From: Vicugna vicugna
Lineage: Eukaryota
DNA length: 64,000 nucleotides
NCBI GenBank assembly: GCA_013265495.1
Contig: MU060486.1
Location: forward strand, 744,001 to 808,000
Reading direction: 5' to 3'
The notes under the pieces were generated by a model. It had not been told where the DNA came from. It searched no databases and saw only the letters and a list, made by a program, of their open reading frames with translations. The translations under genes and the position numbers were made by a program. The number at the start of each line of letters is the position of its first letter. Position 1 is the stretch's first letter. Positions 12,151-22,200 of this stretch are shown one piece after another.

Positions 12151-13509
12151 CACCAGAAGGCAGCCTCTTCGTCAGCGTGGTCCTTTGTGTAGACACTTTG
12201 AACGTGTAGACCAGAGGGAGTCCTTGTGCGTCTTACTGAAGATCGTGCCCCCAGGAGGCAGAGAGGCAGGCGTCCCCGTTTCCCATCCGGCTCCGAGAAG
12301 CCCTCACCCCAGCCTGGCGTCTGCCCCTGGCCCAGAGGGAGACGCGCAGGCGGAGGTGGGCGTGCGCCAGGCCGCCTCCCCGCACCCCTGCCTGGTTTCG
12401 GATGGTTTCTTTCCCTACCTTATTGCTATTTAAATACAGTTTTGATGATTTTGTTTGCTTTAGAGGAAGAGAAAAAAGGATTGATAGAAGGCATAAAATT
12501 GCATATTATTTATCTCAGAGAAGGAGACACGCCCCCTCGTCAATATGCATTGAAGCATTTTTATTGTATTTGTATTTTTTAAGGTGTTTAAACAGACTCA
12601 GTGGGCCGTGATGTCTCGTCCCAGAGTTGGGCCGTCTACTGATTAAATATGTATTTATACGTTTATTTCTCTATCTTTTTTTTAAAAACAAAATAGACCT
12701 ATTTTAATCATGTGATAGACCTAGAAGAATTGATCGGTGAAAATACACGTTCACATGCTTCTTTAAGAAAGACTTTATTAGGCACATGCATTTTAAAAAC
12801 TAAGATATTTCTTGATACACATTGATGGTGGTTAAGCCTGAGCTTAGTTAAAGGTGCAGGGCGTGTGCGTGTGTGAGGGACTAGTTTGACTGAAGACGTG
12901 GGATGTTTTAAAACCCAGATATAACTGACGGTAAGTAGAGAAGAGCATGAAGTCTGGCGTCAGGAAGACCCGGGCTCCCCTGCCCCTTAACCAGCCTTGG
13001 AGGAGGAGCCCGGTCTTCTAGGGCTGGCCTGCGTCTTCTCTGGGGAAGGAGGCGGGAATCCGACAACACGCCCTGATGTGCCCGCGGCGCCCGGCGCCGG
13101 GTCTGGTCCGGCAGAGGCTGGTAGAGGCTGACTCTGCCCTGCCGTCAGCTCACCGAGGGCAGCGTGTGTGTCCTCCCGGGAGCGCTTAGGGGCTGTGCCC
13201 CCCGAACCTGTCAGGACACTCGGGGCTCAGGGACGCCTGCTGAGCACACGCTTGGCTGCAGGAGGCCATGCATGTAGCCCCGTGGTGCAGCCGCGGTGGT
13301 GACGGCAGGCCTGGACCCCTGCAACGCTGGGGAAGTCGCTTAAATTCTCTGAGGACCGTGGGATGACGGTGCCTACCACACTGGCTGGCTGAGATGATAA
13401 ACACCGGATACACAGGCCGGTAGCAGAGGGCCCGGCACGTGGGTGAAAACGGCAGGGCTCAGTGTTCATCATGTCCTTTTAGGGAGGCATTCACTTTGAA
13501 AAATAGAAA

Positions 13510-13655
13510 AACCTGGGTTTGAATTTCGGCTGTGTCACCAGCTAGCTGTGTGACCTTGAATAAACGACCTAACTGCTCTGAGCCTCGGTTTCCTTATCTT
13601 TCAAGAAGGTGTAACTACACCTTCTTGGAAGACAAGGCTCGGGATGAAATATGAC
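13510..13655 (+). mobile_element. MIR SINE
   Basis: 'cctgggtttgaatttcggctgtgtcaccagctagctgtgtgaccttgaataaacgacctaactgctctgagcctcggtttccttatct' matches the MIR core. Confidence 0.85.
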
Positions 13656-14514
13656 ATTAAGAAGCCCGTTGTCCCCTGGGGTGCAGAAATGACCTCTGCT
13701 ATTTGCACGGGGCCATCAGTCACCAAGCCCTCCTGCCCCTGCGCGTCACCATCCGCCCTCTTTCCTCTTCCCCAGCGGCCCCCTCGCCCCAGGGCTGCCG
13801 GGTCTGTATCTGCCTCCAGCTCACTCCTGCCCCAGTTACCCAGATTCACTTCCGGAAGCTCCTGCCCCTCGTTTGTGGGGCTCCCCTGCTCAGAAGGAGA
13901 GTGGCTTCTTCCCTTTTCACTCTGCCTTCCGTCCACTCCCCCAAGTCCTCTCCCAGCTTCTCCCTGAAAGGCTTCAGCCTGTTTCCTCTCCTTGCAGCAT
14001 CCACCCAGTCTCCTGAGCTCTCTGACCCCTCGCGCCCGTCTCAGGCCGGTTCTGTTCCGCAGATGGAGCCACCGGTGGTGATTCTGATGAGCTTCGGTAG
14101 GATCCACACGTGAATTTGCTTGCGAATGAGACGTTTGCAACCACTGGCTTCGTAGAACTTGATGTTAATATTTAATATGTCCACGTCCTGGTATCTTTTA
14201 TATGGAGTCAAACATATGTTAATTTTTGGATGGTCTCTTCAGATATATGATGTGCCCTTTTCAGACAAGAGAGAATTATGTTCTTTATTCCCAGCCTTAA
14301 AAAGAGGACTTTACATTAAGTGCCTCGTAAGTGCCAGGTGGTGAGGCTATCACCATAGTGAAAAAAAGCTTCCAGAATTGTTTGTAAGGAGGAAAGTGAC
14401 TAATTGTTCTACTTCTTCAAAAGCAAATAGGCTTGGTTCTGTGTGAGCGGGGGACAGGCAGACCTAGAGGACTCGAGGCAGTCGGTTGTAGGCGTAGGGG
14501 CGTAATAGCACCCG

Positions 14515-14720
14515 AGAGGATTCTGCCCTGGGACAGGTCTGGGTTTGAATCCTGCCTCTTTCAGCTGTGTGGCCTTTAGCAAGTTGCTGAACCTCTCTGG
14601 ACTTCAGTTTTAGCCTGTTAAAGTCCGGGGTGGTCATGGCTGCGTGGAGGGGCTGCGGTGAGGATGAGCTGAACGCTGCCTGTGGACCCCGCGCCTGCGC
14701 CTTGGCCGGCTCTTGGGAAG
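14515..14720 (+). mobile_element. MIR SINE
   Basis: 'gtctgggtttgaatcctgcctctttcagctgtgtggcctttagcaagttgctgaacctctctggacttcagttt' matches the MIR core. Confidence 0.8.
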
Positions 14721-15439
14721 CATGAGCAATTACAGTGAAGGAGGAGGGCGGCCACTCCGCCAGGGACGGGCACTCACAGACCTGGGGCTGGAAGGAGCCC
14801 AGACCACTGCGGGTCCGTGGAGGGGACCCGGGGCAGAAGTAGCTGTGCCGTGCGCGGCCAGTCCCTTCTGCGAGGCCTACCTGGCGCCCTTCTCGCCCAG
14901 GCCCTCAAAGTTGGGCGGATACAGCCGAGGGCACCGCCCGCAGCGGGCCTGGTGGGGGACTGCAGGCCTTGGGGGCAGGTGTGGGGCAGGGGGAAATGCT
15001 GCCTCGGTCATGCCCGGAAGCACCGTCCACGGGCACTGCTGTTCCAGGGGAAGGGCCGGACTGGGCTATGGCTCGGAGAAGCAAGAAGTGAGGGCAGGAA
15101 GCCACAGGCACCTCTCCCGGTGGCCTCCTCATCTTGGAGACTGCCAGTGACTTCAGCAAGTTTCCGCCTCCTTGCGGTCTAAGCGGAATGCCTCCCGCCT
15201 GTGCTGTAGTCAGAGCGATCATGTGGGCATCGGGGGCAGCTGTCTTGTAGTTTCAGGGTGCCCTAGCTGGAGGCAGCTGGCCTTTTGCATCTTTGGTGAA
15301 AAAGCCCTAACGCACCCATCTTCCTGCTGGGAAACTAAATCACTTCCAAGGGCTCCTAATGGCAGACTGGGGGAGTGGGCGCAGATTTAAACATCTGTGT
15401 GGTCCCCGTGGTCACCTCCCTGCCCAGAGAACAGGAAGA

Positions 15440-15970
15440 GGGACGGTGCTGAGAAATTGGCGTGAGCGTTGGTCACACTTTCCTGTCGCGCCCTGAGCCA
15501 TGCTGGGGGAGGATGGTCTACACCGACAGTTGCAGCCCCTCCCACGAAGGCGCTCGGGGTGCCCACGGAGCAGCCCGAGCGCTGTGCACACCCTGTGCTC
15601 CGGGCGAGGGCGAGGGCGAGGGCGAGTGAGGGCCAAACTGCAACTCCCCCGGAGCCCAGCCTCCCTCCCGGAAAGCAAGTGCCCACGTGTCGCTCAGGCG
15701 AGGGGAGCCAATGTGTGCCTCGGAGGAGGTCTGCTCGGAGCCCCACGCACGCTGGTGCTGATGGTTCTCACCAGCTGTGTGTCTGTGCAAGGAAAAGCCA
15801 GAGACGCTGCCNNNNNNNNNNNNNNNNNNNNNNNNNNNNNNNNNNNNNNNNNNNNNNNNNNNNNNNNNNNNNNNNNNNNNNNNNNNNNNNNNNNNNNNNN
15901 NNNNNNNNNNNNNNNNNNNNNNNNNNNNNNNNNNNNNNNNNNNNNGCCGCCGAGACACCGCAGCCTCAAG
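15440..15970 (+). promoter_or_regulatory. OPCML: CpG-rich promoter / 5' UTR of OPCML exon 1a (partly hidden by gap)
   Basis: CpG-dense region directly upstream of the recognised start codon, with a (GGGCGA)4 tract at 15602-15625. The TSS cannot be placed from sequence alone. Confidence 0.65.
15812..15945. other. Assembly gap (N run, 134 nt) inside the OPCML promoter/5' UTR
   Basis: Run of N seen directly in the sequence. Confidence 0.99.
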
Positions 15971-16031
15971 ATGCACCACCCTGCCTGCTGGGCCGTCTTC
16001 TCGGTGACAGTCGCCCTGCTCTTCATCCCAG
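15971..16031 (+). CDS. OPCML: OPCML (opioid-binding protein/cell adhesion molecule-like, IgLON1) alternative first coding exon 1a; signal peptide, partial CDS
   Basis: ATG at 15971 with A at -3. Encodes MHHPACWAVFSVTVALLFIP plus the first base of Gly, followed by the phase-1 donor CAG|GTACCC. 15 of 20 residues are identical to recalled human MYHPAYWVVFSATTALLFIP, and the exon length (61 nt) and phase fit IgLON exon 1. Confidence 0.9.
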
Positions 16032-16389
16032 GTACCCGGGCGGGGTTCTCGGCTCCCTGGGCGGCTCGCAGAGCTTGGAGCAGGACCGGAGGGAAGGAGG
16101 GGAGCCCGGGGAAGGGGGAGTGCGAGATGCCCGTGAGGGGAGAGGGGGCTTGCTGTGTGCACGCACACGCGGAGGCTCGCAGCAGGGGTTTGGGGTCTGC
16201 CCTCCTTTCCGCGGTGCAGCGGGTGAGCTGGGTTCGAGATCTGCACCGTGCTGGGAGGCACTGCCGTTTCTGGGGAAGGTGCCGGCTGGCGTTAACCAGT
16301 TGTGGTCCCAGGGGTAGGAGACGAGGGGCTTAAACTCCCAGCGATAGATCCTCGCCGCTTCTGTTGGGACTGGCAGGCTGGGGGGTGTC

Positions 16390-16610
16390 CTGCTCTCTCT
16401 CCATCGTTGCTGACTCCCTCCTCTCTGCATCTCCCAGCGGCTCTATTTTTCCTGTCTCTCCTCCTTTCTCTCTCTCCCACTCCTCTCTTCCCCGCTTGCT
16501 TCCTTCGCCACCTCTCTCCCCTCTCACTTCAGCCCCTTCCTCTCCCATCTGTCCTCCTTTGCTCCCGCATCTCTTGTCTCAGCTCTGTCCTTTCTTTCTC
16601 CTTCCACCAA
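16390..16610 (+). repeat. CT-rich polypyrimidine low-complexity tract
   Basis: About 220 nt made almost entirely of C and T on the + strand. Confidence 0.8.
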
Positions 16611-19600
16611 ATGGGCAGATTGTACCTTTGAAATTCAGAATCCCATTTCTCCCCCCCGCCCCCCGCATCCGAACCGTGAATTTCCCGACAGAATTTGGAA
16701 TGTTCATACGGAGGAGGGGTGGGGACCCGCGTTTACCTGGCTCTCCTCAGCACCTTCCCTACCTTACCGAATGGTTTAAATGTGGTCCACCTATCACAGC
16801 AGTTACTGGTTTGGGGAACAGTTCTGCAGCGACCCAGGTGAGATGCTGCAATCCTGCCCGAATGAGCTCAGTGGAAGTGTTGCAGAACCCAACGCGTTTT
16901 AATAGGTTTGATAATTGCACGCGTGTCTTTCGCAAGCAGACAGCTGAATGCCTGCAGGCATCCTTCAAACAAGCTGAAGGGACTGGGCTGGGCTTCTGAG
17001 GTTTTGGTAGCACCAGAGGGTCTGTGGGTTTCCATCCTCAACCCTTCAATCCGGCCCAGCAAGAATTTTCTCTTTTTTTTCCAAATTGAGATACATGCGT
17101 TTGGTTACACGTTAGCGTCAACCCAAAGTCCTGTGGATAAATATGCAGATGTAAACACTAAGGCTCTTAGCCTTACAAGTCTTGATACGGGTTAAACACA
17201 ATTTTACGGTTTTATATTCAGAATTACTTGGTTTTTGTTTTGAAGAACATGAAGCCCTGAGTATTTCTGAGCTACCAAAGTGAAATCAGAAAAATGAAAG
17301 TTTATTGGGGAGAAGGAAAAAGAGGACTGACTTAAAAAAAAACCTATGGTATAATGTTTTGTAATGCTGTCTTAAAATTGTACTCCTAGCAGAGCTGGGC
17401 CCTGCACAGCCATGTTCGGGGCTGTCTGCTTCAGGTCGGGGCGTCGGGAGGGGGTGCTCCCCCCTTCTCCCAGGTTCCAGCCTGGGAGGGGGTTTCAGCA
17501 GGATGGGCTCAGAGGAAGGCGGCAGATGCTCAGTACCCGCTCCTGCCTGGTAGAGGGAGCCAGGTGGGCGCTCCGGGTCCAAGAGAGGAGACAAACTTTC
17601 CCGTGTGTGCCACCCCTCACCTGGGTGACAGCTCGGCCCCCCCGCACCCAGCCTCCCCCCTCCCGCTGAGCCGGCAGAGCAGCCGGGCTCAGACCCCCGC
17701 CCCCAGGGGTGCTGGCCGCGCCTGCTGCCCTCCTTGCAGGACCGGAACGTCGCACTTTCTGAGGGGAGGGCTGGGAGTGCGCGCGAGCGGGAGCTGCATT
17801 GCAGTGCACCCTGAGGGGTGGCGCCTGCCTCCTGGAGGAGCCCAGGGTCCTCTCCATCAGTGGGGAGCGCTGACCTTGCTGTGGGGGGCAGCCTGCACCT
17901 GGGGCCTGCTGTGCTCCAGGCCATGACCTGGCCCCAGCCCCTCGGCCCTCAGGGAATGAAGCTCCCTGGGGAGGGCGGCCACCCTGCCTGAGCCGGCCCA
18001 GCGGGAGGAGGGGGTGGCCTGGGGGGTCCAGGGAGACCAGGAAAGCACCGCTTCCGGAGGGCTCCGGCGGGGAGCAGGGCCCGGCCGTGCCCAGAAGTTC
18101 CAGCGACCCCGGGGCTTGCTTGTGACTCCTCCTCACACCCCGAGCTCCTCTGTGATGTGTTCAGACTTTTCCTTTTGTTCGTAAGGATGCGTTTCCTCCC
18201 ACCGGGGCTGATACCAGCTCGTTGGCCGCTTACTTTTCCTGCGTCTAAAGGCAGAGGCCAGGGTGAGAGGTGGGCCTCGGTGCCCTTTCATTCTGCAGCT
18301 TCTGTCTTTTGGTAAAACACGTTTCCATCCCAGAGCGACTTTAAGGCGAATGTTGTCGCCTGGTGCCTTCCGGTGGGGGTGGGGGCAGACTGATGGCCAT
18401 GAATCGCTTTTCTGGGCAGAATCTCTGACAAGTGGGACCTTTAACGAGCCTGCACCCAAGATGGGAGCGGCCTCCATTGACAATTTAGTTTCACCCCAGG
18501 CTTAGGACACTCCTGTGACCCTGAGCACAGAGTGAGGGGCGGCTGTGGTCCCAGGCAGGAGAGACCAGCCGTGCAGGAGCCTTCTGCCCCGGGTCAGGGG
18601 GCTTTGCAGGAAGAGGAGCAGGATGGGCGAAGCAGGTGGAGTGTGGGCTGCAGATTAAAGTGCAGAAACCCCGCCCGCACTCAGACCTGCATTTCCAGCG
18701 AGCACCCCGGCTCCTTCCCAGCCCACCTTGTCCCTGAGAATCTGCCCCCGCCTTCCAGCCCAGCCCCCCTCCTGCTGCCGCTCCCTCCAGCCCTGAGGGA
18801 CGGCAGGGCAGCGGGGGTGCGCGTGGGGGCGCTGTCTTTAGGGCCCAGGCTCAGCTTCCGAAGCTCAGCACAGCCCTGTACCGGCCGGCAGCGGCCCGCT
18901 GGTGGGGGTTTGGCTCTCAGTGTGGAGGGCTCTGTTGTCCAGGCCACGTCATCACGTCCCGTTTGTCCCCCTCTCCTCGGCCCTCCTGCTGGGCCGCTTC
19001 TGTCCTGACTCCAAGCAGGGAATTGGCTGTGAAGACTGCCCCTCCCCCTGGACTGGGCTGGGTTCAGTCCCACACCCAGGCTGTGGGCCTGGGCTCCTCC
19101 CACGTCCCACTCTCTGAGCCCAGGACTTGCTCAGACGGCTGTGAGGTGCGGCTCCCCTCCCCGAGCACACGCCTTCCTTCAGGCAGTCAGGCTGGGGTGC
19201 CGGGGGGCACGCCCTCCCCTGCGGTGTCGAGGAGCCTGCTAACAGGGCCTGGTCTGCAGCAGGTCGGGTGGGAGAGTGCCCCAGACTCACAGCAGAAGAG
19301 ACGTGAACGGGGCTGGGAGTCCGGGCACCATCACGGCCTCGTCGCCCTCATGACAGACACAGATCTGCACCCACTCCCGCCAGCCACCCTGTGGCCCTAA
19401 CCCCCTAAAAATGGCAGACGTAAGATTAAGGCCAGACGCGTGCTGTCAGCACCACCAGGCCGTGTCTGAGAAGCTGGGTGTCGGCTGCGGGGCCCGGCGC
19501 TGGGCAGTGAGGCTCAGCCTGAGGTCCGTCAGGGACGCCTCCTCCCAGCGTGCTCTGCTCTCTCGCCCCCACTGCCCGTCCTGTACCTGCAGAGTCACAG

Positions 19601-20793
19601 GAGAGTCCTTACACGGCTGACACGTGCCTGGGCCTGTGAGTCAGCAGCTCTGGGCCTGGCCTCTCGCGCCAGCTGCTGGGATCTATGGCTGACGGTCACA
19701 CCTTTGTGGTCTACAAGGGTGGCCCCCCCAAGCCCCAGACGGGGCTGGAAATGGGGCGCTGCGCCCACTCGGAGCCCTCTGGGGCTACCCATCTGTGGAG
19801 TGGGTTCCAGTGGCGTAGGCTTCTTGTCTCCAGGTGGACAGAGCAGCCCGAACGTAGGTTAGGTGATAGCAGGGTGGACACAGAAAACCCAGCCTGGTCT
19901 CCCAGTCACCGGGCGAGAGGAGGGGAGGAGGAGGGTGGAGCAACCATGCCTGCTCCTGCGTGCCGGTTTTGGGGTGACGTGGAACCTGCCACTCTAGCCC
20001 CCACTCATTCACCTGAGACTGTGTGCAGGTTCTGATAGACTAGTGCCTGGAGCAAGGGGCTCTCCTGGACCCAATGTCCTGGGCCTGCTGACTTCGAGCG
20101 TCCTGGGCTGGGATTCCCTGCACGGCCCGCAGACACGGCCCCTCCGGTCCCCCGTGTGGCTTTGCAGTATCTTTGGGAGCGGGCTTGTGCGTCAGCCTCG
20201 GACAGCTGGCACCTCAGGAGCCCCGTCCCCGGTAGCCTCTGGGTGGGGGCTTCCCTGTCCCAGGCTCGCTGGGCAGGACCCCGGGGGCTGCGCCCGCCCC
20301 AGCAGCTGCCTCGGGCTACAGGGCCTTCCAGACACGGGGCCGGGCAGGGCTCGCTCGTAGGAAGGAGGCAGGCGGCACCACCTGGGGTTGGCCCCGCTCC
20401 CCTCTGCCCCCTGCTGACCCCCCCGAGGGCGCCGAGCTCCAGCTCGTGGGCTCTGGCCCCTCCAGCCTTTCTGCTCTCGATGGAAAGCTTAGACTTTGCT
20501 TCTCTTCCTGCGAGGCCTCGGTTGCCTCTGCCTTTCCTGGACGGGTGGGGAGGCAGCAACACGGCAGGGCGTGAGTGCAGTTCCATTTGCTAGATTTCTA
20601 CCCGCCTCAACTCTGGGCCCTGAGACGGAGGAGTTTGTAGGGTCCAGGGTGGGACTGAAGGCAATTCTGAGAATGGAGCAGAAATAAATCCTGTAACCAG
20701 AGATAAACTTGCAGACAAATGGGCTTCCTGTTACCTTCCCGTAGATGTGAGAGTACAGTGCTCTCCTCTTCTCATTTCCCTGACTCATGTCCC

Positions 20794-20844
20794 CACACAC
20801 ACACAGACACACGGACACAGACACACGGACACACACAAGCACAC
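20794..20844. repeat. Imperfect (CA)n microsatellite with 'acacacggacac' subrepeats
   Basis: Seen directly in the sequence. Confidence 0.85.
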
Positions 20845-21596
20845 CCCAAGCCAGAGCTAAGCCACCCTCACGATCACATGTGGCCTCTTAAGGAGTGCAA
20901 GCCCCGCCCTCTGGACTTGCCTGTCCGGCCTCCTGGGCTCCCTGCTGAAGCCGCCAAGCCGTGATGCTCCCCTGTGGACACCAGGGCAGCAGACCTGCAC
21001 GCTGCCCCGTCGTACCCCGCCATGGCCCCACGTGTGAGTGCTCCCCGGGGGCCATGCAGAGACCTTGCAAGTCCTTCCGCTGCCCCAGAGGCTGGCCTGG
21101 CACGTTTCCCGGCTCCTCCCTCTGCCCACACCCCTCGGTGCAGAGAGGCTGGGGATGCCCCTGCGGTCACTGGACCAATAACTTAAGTGTTTGCAAAATG
21201 CTCTGAGACCCCCCCCCCCGGGCCACGTGCTGGGTGAGTGCGGCAGCAGCCCTTTAATGAGCAGGGACGCTGTGCTGAGACCCTCTGGAAGGGCCCGCTG
21301 AATCCCTGCGTCGGGGCCCAGGCCCAACTGGAGCGGAAATGGCACGGAACAGCGGGGGGCCCGGAGACACCCGCCCATCCCGCTTTTCGAGGTGCAGACT
21401 AGACTCTCTGACACGGTCCGAGGGGGCGCCCTCGAAAATTCATCCCTGGGCATTTGCCCTGGGGTCATGCCGAGTATAAGCCTCGTGGTTTACCTGGAAG
21501 ATTTATCTTTGGTCTCGTTTGTTCCTCGATCGTGATATCAGGAGGGCAGAGGTCGTCCAGTTCTGAGCTTATCTTTGCGTAAATCCCTATGCAGAC

Positions 21597-21688
21597 GGGG
21601 GCGGGTACAGCTCGGGGGTCGAGAGCGGGCCTAGCCTGCACAAGGTCCTGGGGTCGATCCCCCGTTCCTCCATTAAGGAAAAGAAGAG
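21597..21688 (+). mobile_element. Camelid tRNA-derived SINE (short, more diverged)
   Basis: 'ggggcgggtacagctcgggggtcgagagcgggcctagcctgcacaaggtcctggggtcgatcccccgttcctccattaagg'. Degenerate TSD ccctatgcagac (21585-21596) / ccctgcgcagac (21689-21700). Confidence 0.85.
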
Positions 21689-22029
21689 CCCTGCGCAGAC
21701 TTCTGGTTGCCTTTGGAATGGAGTCCAAGTAGCCAGCTTGGTCCCCGCCGTGGCTGGCCGCTGCTCCACCGCCCTCAGCACTCTGAGCACAGCGTGCTCG
21801 CTCCCTCCTCAGGGGCTTCCCCTGCGAGGTCATCTGAGCCTTGAAAAACCTGGTCCTCCCCTGTGACGTTTCTGGCCGAATGTCCTTTCTGTCCTCTGGG
21901 CTCTGCTAAGTCTCTCGTCCTCAGGGGAGCCTTCTGGATGCTCTAAGGGAGGGTAGGTTTCCCCCCTCACCCTGCAAATCCAGGACACACGGTTTCCCTT
22001 TCCCAACACTGTGATCCATGGTTTTAAAG

Positions 22030-22200
22030 TGATCCTTTGTTTTGTGCCTGTCTTCCTGCCCAGACTGTGGCCCCTAAAGGTAGGGGTCACACACGTTTTG
22101 TTCTCCAACATGACCTCAGTGCCCAGCGCAGCGACAGATCTGGAGCAAGTGCTCAAACGTGTTTGCTGAATGACTGAGTGAGCGGATGAATGAGTGGACA
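22030..22200 (+). mobile_element. L2 3' end
   Basis: 'cagtgcccagcgcag...aagtgctcaaacgtgtttgctgaatgactgagtgagcggatgaatgag' is the typical L2 terminus. Confidence 0.8.

Noticed and set aside
15748-15763. GGTGCTGA (REST half-site) in the OPCML promoter, and TTCAGCACC at about 62545
   Set aside because: Only one half-site each, with no partner half at canonical spacing; likely chance.
15469-16333. 277-282 aa ORFs spanning the OPCML start, including an apparent in-frame upstream ATG at 15500
   Set aside because: The frame is carried across an N gap of estimated length, and the ORF reads through the splice donor into the intron. Only 15971-16031 has homology support.
21465-21833. 122-aa minus-strand ORF with a protein-like C-terminus (…CIGIYAKISSELDDLCPPDITIEEQTRPK…)
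   Set aside because: It runs through an antisense SINE, I recognise no homologue, and it has no supporting exon structure.
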